From Nostoc sp. PCC 7120 = FACHB-418 (GTDB lineage Bacteria; Cyanobacteriota; Cyanobacteriia; Cyanobacteriales; Nostocaceae), in the NCBI RefSeq assembly GCF_000009705.1, contig NC_003272.1:3630001-3662000 (forward strand): a DNA stretch of 32,000 bases. Direction: 5' to 3'. How positions within the stretch are numbered: the stretch's first letter is position 1; each line of letters begins with the position of its first letter. The notes beneath the pieces were generated by a model. The model was not told the origin of the DNA. It saw nothing but the letters and a program-made list of their open reading frames with translations, and made no database searches. This document shows, one piece after another, positions 18,603-26,203 of the stretch. Both the position numbers and the translations under genes were made by a program.

Positions 18603-19358
18603 TTATTCCTCCACAGGTGTGAGTTTTACAGGATACAATGGCTCAGATCCGTTTAACTGCCAAATTCTAAATACCAATGCAGCCGCTACAGTTAGCCATA
18701 TACAAGAAAAAGATAAAATCATTCCCGCTACATGGTTAGTTTGCCAATAAATTGCTGTCACAACTAAAGCAGATAACCAGGGGCCTAAAATTACTACAGG
18801 AACAGCCGCGCCTAGTCTTCGTTCTACAGTAAAAATTGTATTCCAAGTATCCCCTAAAGCCAGATGTACTACAAACATAATGAAGGGTAGTACTAAAAAT
18901 TGATGATTCATTTGCTGCCAAACTAACACAGAAGAAATTACTCGCAAAACTGCAATGATCATCCAGACTATGGGAAATGCTAAAGGTGGAGGAGACCATT
19001 TTGGTCTGATTACTTGGTCATAAGTCTGACGAGAACGGGTATTATCTAGAAGAGAGAAAATTCGGGAACGGATACTTAATAGAGTAAAAAATAATGCTGT
19101 CAATAAAGTGCTAAACCAATTGGGAAAAGAAGAATTGCTATCTATCAATATGATTAATTTTTCCATTCCTAACAACGCAAGAATCATGACTGCTATTTGT
19201 AAGATAGTCCCTAGTTTATAAACTAAAACAGCTTTGATATCTAGTTCTTGTGTAGTGGTTATTGATGTATTTAGCGATTGTTGTTGATTACCAGTTTTTA
19301 CACCCATTACTGTGTTGACAAACTGTTCCAGTATTCCACTATTTTTGGACTTATTCAT
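18603..19358 (-). CDS. TspO/MBR-like tryptophan-rich membrane protein with extra N-terminal membrane region
   Basis: The C-terminal ~150 aa carry RPKWSPPPLAFPIVWMII, GDTWNTIF and multiple Trp-containing TM helices. ATG at 19358 (MNKSKNSG) is preferred over the track start at 19394. Confidence 0.55.
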   Translation of the reverse strand: MNKSKNSGILEQFVNTVMGVKTGNQQQSLNTSITTTQELDIKAVLVYKLGTILQIAVMILALLGMEKLIILIDSNSSFPNWFSTLLTALFFTLLSIRSRIFSLLDNTRSRQTYDQVIRPKWSPPPLAFPIVWMIIAVLRVISSVLVWQQMNHQFLVLPFIMFVVHLALGDTWNTIFTVERRLGAAVPVVILGPWLSALVVTAIYWQTNHVAGMILSFSCIWLTVAAALVFRIWQLNGSEPLYPVKLTPVEE

Positions 19359-19894
19359 AATTGAGAAATTGCAGTAGCTTTTAACTATTAACAATGATTT
19401 ATTATATAATAATGTGATTTCTAAAAATGATATTTATTACTAATTTATAAGATTCAATTAGGTTTCAAATTGAGTAGTTGATTAACTTTGTGTAATTTAT
19501 ATATTTTAACATCTAGCTTAAGGCTGATATAAATTAATAAAATCCATCTTCATATAAATTAATAAATATCTTTCAAGGTTTTTGTCAAAAAAATATGACT
19601 TTAATTTGGGTAATCTTCAACCTCAATATTTGATTCTGGTGGAAAAATTTGACTAGCTTTAATAAACCCCACTTGGTTATAGGTGTTTGCAAGGCTTGAT
19701 TAGTAAGAACTTCTGCAAAAATCACCCAAAATCCTTGTAGATTAAAGCTGAAATACCAGTAATTCTATCGGGTAAGTAGGCTTATAAATTCCTATGTTGA
19801 AAGTACTATTGACTCCTTAAAAGGATGTGGTTACTGTTATGAGTAGTCCTTGTAAAAGGCTATTTGTACATCAAAGATTCACGAGGTATTTCCT

Positions 19895-20257
19895 ATGATG
19901 ATGATGATGACTGAATCTATGACCGCCGAAATGCAAGCCTGTATGAAAGCTTGTATGGATTGTCATAAAATGTGCATGGAAACCATGACTTACTGCATGA
20001 GCAAGGGCGGTATGCAGATGGACATGAGCATGATGGGTATGATGCGCGACTGCTCGGAAATGTGCATGATGTGCGTGAATATGATGATGGGTGGTTCCGA
20101 ATTTATGGGACGCACTTGTATGTTGTGTGCGGAAATGTGCGATCGCACTGCTATGGCTTGCGAACAAATGAGCGGTGATCAAATGATGATGGACTGTGCA
20201 ATGGCTTGTCGCAAATGTGCAGAAGCTTGTAGATCCATGCAAATGATGCCTGCTTAA
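19895..20257 (+). CDS. DUF326-type cysteine-rich four-helix-bundle metal-binding protein, extreme Met-rich variant
   Basis: 120 aa. Repeated CxxxC-type helices (CMKACMDC, CSEMCMMC, CMLCAEMC, CRKCAEAC) as in DUF326 proteins. 38 Met and 16 Cys counted from the translation. GAGG lies 8 nt upstream of the ATG. Confidence 0.8.
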   Translation: MMMMMTESMTAEMQACMKACMDCHKMCMETMTYCMSKGGMQMDMSMMGMMRDCSEMCMMCVNMMMGGSEFMGRTCMLCAEMCDRTAMACEQMSGDQMMMDCAMACRKCAEACRSMQMMPA

Positions 20258-20295
20258 TTCCATGACTTAGCAGAAGTTTCTCTGCAACCTAATAT

Positions 20296-20329
20296 TCAAG
20301 CGCTCAGGCTGTTTAGTCTGGGCGCTTGA
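20296..20329 (+). terminator. Stem-loop downstream of the Met/Cys-rich gene
   Basis: tcaagcgc...gcgcttga 8-bp perfect stem with an imperfect extension. The U-tract is weak. Confidence 0.4.
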
Positions 20330-20420
20330 AGTTTAAAGAGGGTAGAATGAGCGCAGTGTGTAGCCAAGAAGCACACAAGAGTGTTGTTTAAGTAGCCGCG
20401 ACAATCATCTATTCAGGTTA

Positions 20421-20441
20421 AATTACGAATTACGAATTACG
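20421..20441. repeat. Heptamer tandem repeat AATTACG x3
   Basis: Direct reading, just upstream of the 20459 start. Confidence 0.8.
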
Positions 20442-20458
20442 TCTGTGGCTAAGGGTAG

Positions 20459-21256
20459 ATGAAACATTTAAAATCCCGTTCCCAAGACTTGCGGAGCTTG
20501 TTTGAGAACAATATCACAATTGAATATGTAGCTGAAGCCTTGAAAGCTGTACCAGCAGAGGCGGAAGTAGTAGAGGTGTTGGGGTGGATGCGATCGCAAG
20601 ATTTTGATGTTGTTGGGGTGGAAACGGGTGATACAATAACTGGCTATATTGAACGCGCTAGTTTAGTGCAGGTTAAATCTGGTAAGTGCGGTGACTATCA
20701 GCGAGTGTTTCATCCTAAGGAACTGATTGCGATTTCTACGCCACTGATGAAGTTACTACCCATCTTGCAACAAAATCCGCGTTTGTTTGTTCTCGACTGC
20801 AATCAGGTGAGTGGGATTATTACCTGTGGTGACTTGCAGAAAGCGCCTGTGAGAATGTTGCTCTTTGGTTTAGTTACTTTGCTGGAGATGAATCTGTTGA
20901 GGTTGGTAAGGCTTTACTATCCCCAAGACGCTTGGCAGAAAGTTCTCAAGTCTGATCGCCTAGAAGTTGCGCGCAGGTTATGGCGTGAGAGTCAAGAAAG
21001 AAACGAAGCCACAGATTTACTAGATTACCTGCAATTTTGTGACAAGCGAGAGTTAGTCTTACATCAACCAGAACTGCTGGAACAACTAGAACTAAAATCA
21101 AAACGCGCTGGTGAACGGTTTTTAAAATCTGCTGAACAATTACGCAACCGATTAGCCCACGCCCAAAGTTTAGTTAGTGGTTCTTCTTGGAATGATTTAA
21201 TTTCTTTAGCAGAAGCGATGGAAAAACTCCTAATTCGCTGTGAAGAAATAGAGTGA
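20459..21256 (+). CDS. Predicted CBS-pair domain fused to a C-terminal HEPN-like (Rx4H) helical domain
   Basis: N-terminal ~130 aa have two CBS-like units (DFDVVGVETGDTITGYIERASL; LFVLDCNQVSGIITCGDLQKAPVR). The C-terminal helical half carries R229-N-R-L-A-H234, matching the HEPN Rx4-6H motif with a polar residue after R. Confidence 0.5.
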   Translation: MKHLKSRSQDLRSLFENNITIEYVAEALKAVPAEAEVVEVLGWMRSQDFDVVGVETGDTITGYIERASLVQVKSGKCGDYQRVFHPKELIAISTPLMKLLPILQQNPRLFVLDCNQVSGIITCGDLQKAPVRMLLFGLVTLLEMNLLRLVRLYYPQDAWQKVLKSDRLEVARRLWRESQERNEATDLLDYLQFCDKRELVLHQPELLEQLELKSKRAGERFLKSAEQLRNRLAHAQSLVSGSSWNDLISLAEAMEKLLIRCEEIE

Positions 21257-21291
21257 TAACCAAAGTTGCTATGTAGATATGGTTTCTCGAT

Positions 21292-21312
21292 TTGGTAATT
21301 GGTAATTGGGAA
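21292..21312. repeat. STRR-type heptamers TTGGTAA x2 plus TTGGGAA
   Basis: Direct reading. Followed by the tandem cgcagaggggcgcagag / cgcggaggagcgcggag motif (21325-21365). Confidence 0.8.
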
Positions 21313-21555
21313 GAAACTCTTCAAACGCAGAGGGGCGCAGAGTAAAACGCGGAGGAGCGCGGAGATTGCCTAATTTTATTAATGTTGTACTTAGTACCTC
21401 AAGAGATTAGGAAACGCTATAAATATTATCAATTAGCTATTACTCATGACTAGCACATGAATTTATAAATAGCAACTTACGTTATATAGCTGTAGCCAGA
21501 TAGATTAGGACATCAAGCTAAGATAAAATCCTGATAAAACAAGGCTTTCTAGTCT

Positions 21556-21583
21556 GTCAACCGTCAACCGTCAACCGTCAACA
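21556..21583. repeat. Heptamer tandem repeat GTCAACC x3 plus GTCAACA
   Basis: Direct reading, abutting the stop codon of the 21585-23426 gene. Confidence 0.85.
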
Positions 21584-21584
21584 G

Positions 21585-23426
21585 CTATATATCCTCCTGA
21601 TACTGTGCTAACAACTTGGGAATGTAATCATAGCCATCCACACCAATAATTGATATAATCCTACTCCGGCTTTGCTGTAGTAAATTTTGAAAAGCTTCTA
21701 ACCCGATTTGCCCTTGTAAAATAGTCAATAGTCCGGCTGCTTGTCGCCATTCTAGGGAGGCAATTTGCTCTAATAAATACATTCCCAGACAACCAGTATA
21801 AACAGCTTTTTCCAAATTTTGTAATTGATAACAAGCTTCAGCTAGATAAGCTAAATTTCGACCTTGGAGATACAAATCACCAGAAATTTGTGCTGTTTTA
21901 AAACCATCTTCTAAATATTTAATAGCATCTTCTGGTTGACCAATAACTAAATATGCAATACCTAAACTACTGACACATAAAGCCTTACTTTGAATATCAC
22001 CTGATTTTTCTGATAACTTTAACCCTTGTTCTAAATAACTAATTGCCCTTTCATAGGTTTCTGGCTCTGCTTGCTCCAGCTTTTGCGCCTGCATCACTTC
22101 GCTGTAACCTAGATTTACCAGTGCATTAGTCTCGCCTGTCTTATCCCCTGCTTGCCTACTCAACATTAATGCTCTCTGACTATTATTGATCGCCTCAGCA
22201 TAATCTTGCTCTTGTACATAAGTACGGCTGAGGTGATTGAGGTTGGCGATTTCACAAGGGCGATCGCCTGCGTTCCTGGCTATTTCCAATGCTTGCTCAT
22301 GAAACTTGATAGATCGCTGATATTGCCCCAATGCACGTTGAGAATAGCCTAAAAGCGTCAATATTCGCGCTTTCTCTTGGGTTCTCTCTACTCTGCGTAA
22401 GGGTTCATCTAAATAATCTAAAGCATCCCGCAAATAACTACCAGAAAATGACGCAAAAATCCCACCGTAGAGAGGAAAATAGGGACGCTGGGCAAAGGTT
22501 CGTAGAGTTTGCAACATGATTTGCGAACAGCCATTGCTATATTCGGCTTTACCCTGAAAACCGCTTGCTAACTGACTCCAAAGCACTGCAAAAGTCAGAA
22601 AAGTAGAAATCGACAACTTTGACCCTGCTTGAATATTGTATGCTTGCTGGTCAAACCAGTTAACTAACCCTCGTTGCAAATACTGGAAAATTAACGCGAT
22701 TTCTACCCAATCAGCGAGAGTAATACTACTATGCTGTTCTACAAATGGGATGGCAGATTGTTCTACAGCTAGGCTGCGAAATAACGCCTGGGGTAATTCA
22801 CTATTGACTTTTTTTGCCCAAGTCGCCCAAGGGCCAGTTTCTCCGGGTACACCACCAAACCCCAGTGCTTGATTAGACTCATACATCCAGCTAACTAGGT
22901 GTTCTTGTAACCTTTGCCAAGCTGTTACACCACGGATGATTCCTTGTGATATTTGCTGGATATCAGGATCAAACTGGGCGAATTGTTGTAATGATTTGCC
23001 TAATTGCTGGAGTTGTGAAAGATTTAGGGGATTCTTGAGATTAGGGTCAATAATACTTAAAAATGTAGCTAAACGATCGCTTGTTGATGCTGTGGTGATT
23101 TCCTGCACGGCTGAGGCGATCGCTTCTGTGGCTTTATTCTGCTCCGCATATCTTTGCCATTGACTTTGAATCGTCTTAATAGCTCGTAAACTCCGGTTAG
23201 CCTTAGCTTTTTTTAACTCATCTTTTTCGCTGTCTACCTGAGTTTGGCTGGTATTGAGGCGATCGCTCAACACTAACTCAAACACTTCCCCTGTCCCAGC
23301 AAGTATACCTTTTTGCAGCATTTGATACACCATTTCTACAGAGCTAATTTTGCCCTGGAGAGTCATCTGGACAATTTCATCAATGAGAGCAAGATAGCGA
23401 TCGCGCAATGGCAAAGATTCTGTCAC
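21585..23426 (-). CDS. Tetratricopeptide-repeat protein with large non-TPR N-terminal region
   Basis: 613 aa. The C-terminal ~260 aa show repeated A-x-x-Y/F-x-x-A-L TPR units (e.g. ALGQYQRSIKFHEQALEIAR, DYAEAINNSQRALMLSR). Confidence 0.75.
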   Translation of the reverse strand: MTESLPLRDRYLALIDEIVQMTLQGKISSVEMVYQMLQKGILAGTGEVFELVLSDRLNTSQTQVDSEKDELKKAKANRSLRAIKTIQSQWQRYAEQNKATEAIASAVQEITTASTSDRLATFLSIIDPNLKNPLNLSQLQQLGKSLQQFAQFDPDIQQISQGIIRGVTAWQRLQEHLVSWMYESNQALGFGGVPGETGPWATWAKKVNSELPQALFRSLAVEQSAIPFVEQHSSITLADWVEIALIFQYLQRGLVNWFDQQAYNIQAGSKLSISTFLTFAVLWSQLASGFQGKAEYSNGCSQIMLQTLRTFAQRPYFPLYGGIFASFSGSYLRDALDYLDEPLRRVERTQEKARILTLLGYSQRALGQYQRSIKFHEQALEIARNAGDRPCEIANLNHLSRTYVQEQDYAEAINNSQRALMLSRQAGDKTGETNALVNLGYSEVMQAQKLEQAEPETYERAISYLEQGLKLSEKSGDIQSKALCVSSLGIAYLVIGQPEDAIKYLEDGFKTAQISGDLYLQGRNLAYLAEACYQLQNLEKAVYTGCLGMYLLEQIASLEWRQAAGLLTILQGQIGLEAFQNLLQQSRSRIISIIGVDGYDYIPKLLAQYQEDI

Positions 23427-23461
23427 TTTAGCTAATAGAGAACGTCACGTTAATTTTAATT

Positions 23462-23695
23462 TTAGGGGTGTAAGGGTGTGGGGGTGTAAGGGTATAGGGG
23501 AAATAAATATTTCTTCATCCCCTTACATTATAAGGATGGCAGGCTTGTTAACTAATATGGCTGGATGAGAGGATGTAGGGTATAAGTGAAAAAAATCATA
23601 CGTATTATCGATATCCGAGCCAGTCCGTAGATTATCTACACCCCCACACCCCCACACCCCCACACCCCCACACCCCTAAACCCTTACACCCCTAA
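23462..23695. mobile_element. MITE-like 234-bp element with 16-bp perfect terminal inverted repeats and internal G/C-rich oligomer repeats
   Basis: ttaggggtgtaagggt (23462-23477) is the exact reverse complement of acccttacacccctaa (23680-23695). The right arm carries the octamer acaccccc x4 (23638-23669). No ORF inside. Confidence 0.5.
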
Positions 23696-23701
23696 TTCTA
23701 C

Positions 23702-24478
23702 TCACCTTACCAACTGCGCCGCAGAATTAAAAAACTGCCGACACAATCCTTTAGTTAGTAAAACAGTTGTTAACAGGTTGGCGATCGCAACCATAAAGAT
23801 AATCACAATCTCATAAGATACCGCATCCAGAGCATTAATCCCAGCAAGTAACTGTCCGGTGGTGATTCCGGGGATAGCTACCATCCCGACAAGCATCATT
23901 TGATTCAAGGTGGGGAGTAATGCGGCTCTGATGGCTTCCTTACGGTACTGGCTGACAGCTTGTGCTGGAGTTGCGCCTAAGCTCAAATGAGTTTCGATTT
24001 CCGTGGGAAAAGAGTTCATCGAACTGACAAGCCGTTCCCCAGCGATCGCCGCCGCATTCATCGCATTACCCAACACCATCCCCGCCAGGGGAATTACATA
24101 GCGCGGTTCATACCATCTATCTGGTTGAATGATTAAGAAGGTGGTGTAAAACACCGTCAGGGTAGTACTTATGAAAATTGCTCCCCATACCAAAGGCAAT
24201 ACATAAGGAATTTTCTGACTGATGCGATTTCGTGCGACAATCGCCGTAATCGTCAGTATCACCCCTAAAATCGCCAAAACTGCCCAAGGATTGTCCAGAG
24301 CAAAGATGAAGTCTAAAACATACCCCAAAACCAATAACTGTAGGATAGTTCTGCCAGTAGCGATCGCTAAATTCAACTCTAGCCCCAATCCTTCCCAAGC
24401 AGACAACCCAATAGCGATCGCCATCAATCCTACCGCCATCACCAAATCCACCAAATCCAAACTAATCAAACCCTGCAT
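23702..24478 (-). CDS. FetB/YbbM-family (UPF0014) ABC-type permease
   Basis: 258-aa polytopic membrane protein. GRTILQLLVLGYVLDFIF matches the FetB-family GRxxxQLxxVGYVL motif. No ATPase partner gene lies adjacent in this window. Confidence 0.7.
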   Translation of the reverse strand: MQGLISLDLVDLVMAVGLMAIAIGLSAWEGLGLELNLAIATGRTILQLLVLGYVLDFIFALDNPWAVLAILGVILTITAIVARNRISQKIPYVLPLVWGAIFISTTLTVFYTTFLIIQPDRWYEPRYVIPLAGMVLGNAMNAAAIAGERLVSSMNSFPTEIETHLSLGATPAQAVSQYRKEAIRAALLPTLNQMMLVGMVAIPGITTGQLLAGINALDAVSYEIVIIFMVAIANLLTTVLLTKGLCRQFFNSAAQLVR

Positions 24479-24498
24479 CTCTTCTCCACTCCCTAATT

Positions 24499-24547
24499 AG
24501 TCAACAGTCAATAGTCAACGGTCAACAGTCAACAGTCAACAGTTAAA
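24499..24547. repeat. STRR3 heptamer tandem repeat (CAACAGT register, 7 units)
   Basis: agtcaac agtcaat agtcaac ggtcaac agtcaac agtcaac agttaaa. Confidence 0.9.
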
Positions 24548-24577
24548 CGCTAAAAATGAAGGTTTTGCACTATGGAC

Positions 24578-24605
24578 TAATGACCAATGACCAATGACCA
24601 ATGAC
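24578..24605. repeat. STRR2-type heptamer tandem repeat (reverse complement of TTGGTCA; 4 units)
   Basis: taatgac caatgac caatgac caatgac. Confidence 0.9.
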
Positions 24606-24807
24606 TATCCCACTATGTCAGTTGTCGAACAGGCACTCATAACTTACCACTGCTCTAAGTCTTACCCATAAAATTACTTCAGTAATAATTCTTGTTTAAT
24701 GCGTATCTAGAGCGACACTCTTTTTAAATTTCTTTAAAGAAAAATTTCCCCAGTCAAAATTGACAATCGGAATGTATTCTTTGTATCTTCAGACAAAATG
24801 AAAACTC

Positions 24808-25956
24808 ATGATCCAAAGCCTAAGTTCGATTCCCGCCTTTGATATCAAGCAGCAATATGCTTCCATAGAAGCCGAAGTCAGCAGAGCCGTTGTCGATGCG
24901 CTGGCTTCCGGGCGTTATATTGGTGGCCCTCCAGTCGAAAGTTTTGAGCAACAGTTTGCTGCTTATCATGGCGTTACTGATTGTGTAGCTTGTAATTCTG
25001 GTACAGATGCCCTATTTCTAGCTTTACGCGCCTTAGGAATCGGTGCAGGCGATGAAGTAATTACTACACCCTTCACCTTTGTCGCTACGGCTGAAGTGAT
25101 CAGCGCTGTAGGTGCAAAGCCGGTATTTGTTGACATCGATGAGATAAGTTTTAACCTCGATTTACAACAAGTAGCGGCGGCGATTACACCCAAAACCAAA
25201 GCGATTATCCCAGTGCATTTATTTGGACAGCCTGTGGATATGACAAAGCTCATGGCGATCGCTCAAGCTCACAATGTCGCAGTAATTGAAGATTGCGCTC
25301 AATCTACAGGCGCAAGTTGGGACGGCAAAAAGGTCGGTAGTATTGGACATATTGGTTGTTTTAGCTTCTACCCCACCAAGAATTTAGGTGCTTGCGGCGA
25401 TGGTGGCGCGATTACAACCAATGATCCAGAAATTGCTGCCAAGGTGCGGATCATCAAGGAACATGGACAGAGACATCGTTATCAATATGAAGAAATAGGT
25501 GTTAATAGCCGCTTAGATGCCATTCAAGCAGTAATTTTGCAGATTAAACTACCATATCTTGATATGTGGAATCGGCAAAGACAAGCGATCGCTGCCTATT
25601 ATCAAAAATTCCTCAGTCAAATTCCCGGTATCATTCCCCCGCAAGAACTAGCTGGTGGCGTGAGTGTGTGGAATCAATATACTATTCGCGTCATCACCGC
25701 AGGACGGAATGGCAATAGCGCCACACATCGGGAGACGGTAAAAAATAGCTTGCAAGAAAAGAAAGTAGGCTCAATGGTTTACTACCCCTACCCTTTACAT
25801 TTGCAGCCAGTTTATCAATATCTCGGTTATCAACCAGGACAATTACCAGTTGCAGAACAAGCGTGCAATGAAGTCTTATCCTTACCCATGTTTCCCGAAT
25901 TAACAACCGAACAGCAAGATCAAGTGATTTATGCTCTGAAGGATATTCTTTTGTAG
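24808..25956 (+). CDS. DegT/DnrJ/EryC1/StrS-family PLP-dependent sugar aminotransferase
   Basis: 382 aa. Contains GGPPVESFEQQFAAYHG, NSGTDALFLAL and FSFYPTKNLGACGDGGAITTND (Schiff-base Lys context). Confidence 0.9.
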   Translation: MIQSLSSIPAFDIKQQYASIEAEVSRAVVDALASGRYIGGPPVESFEQQFAAYHGVTDCVACNSGTDALFLALRALGIGAGDEVITTPFTFVATAEVISAVGAKPVFVDIDEISFNLDLQQVAAAITPKTKAIIPVHLFGQPVDMTKLMAIAQAHNVAVIEDCAQSTGASWDGKKVGSIGHIGCFSFYPTKNLGACGDGGAITTNDPEIAAKVRIIKEHGQRHRYQYEEIGVNSRLDAIQAVILQIKLPYLDMWNRQRQAIAAYYQKFLSQIPGIIPPQELAGGVSVWNQYTIRVITAGRNGNSATHRETVKNSLQEKKVGSMVYYPYPLHLQPVYQYLGYQPGQLPVAEQACNEVLSLPMFPELTTEQQDQVIYALKDILL

Positions 25957-26036
25957 GCAGAATGGGGAGTGGGGGAAGAGTTTTTAAATATTTCTCCCTC
26001 ATCTCCCGCATTACTAACTAACGCGATGTGGGACTT

Positions 26037-26185
26037 ATTCTTAAAACCCCTCTCCAAACCTCTCCCCTGCAAGGAGGCGCCACTGCGTTGCGCGGGTTCC
26101 CCGCGTTGTAGCAAGTGGCGTAGAGGCTTTAATTATTACTCCCCTTCCCTACAAGGGAAGGGGTTGGGGGTTAGGTCTGGGAGAA
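26037..26185. repeat. Cluster of nested palindromic small dispersed-repeat-like elements
   Basis: gccact...agtggc (26079-26119) encloses cgcggg-ttc-cccgcg (26091-26105). ccccttccc-tacaa-gggaagggg forms a perfect 9-bp hairpin (26141-26163). Lies in the gap between convergent genes. Confidence 0.6.
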
Positions 26186-26203
26186 AGTTGCACACGGCGT
26201 TAA

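Noticed and set aside
19871-20263. 130-aa His-rich ORF on the minus strand (many H, HHHHH run)
   Set aside because: It is the exact antisense of the Met-rich gene, since every ATG reads as CAT (His) on the other strand. The plus-strand ORF has an SD, recognisable DUF326-like Cys spacing and a downstream hairpin. The His-rich frame is a compositional mirror artefact.
8792-21256. Functional link between cdaA (c-di-AMP synthase) and the CBS-HEPN protein
   Set aside because: The genes are 11 kb apart, on different strands, with many unrelated genes between them. The idea is kept only as one of several candidate ligands to test, not as a claim.
24820-24842. tRNA T-loop-like string aagttcgattcccgcc
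   Set aside because: The flanking bases cannot form a T-stem (ctaag versus cccgc). The string lies inside the aminotransferase CDS, and no acceptor or anticodon arms can be drawn.
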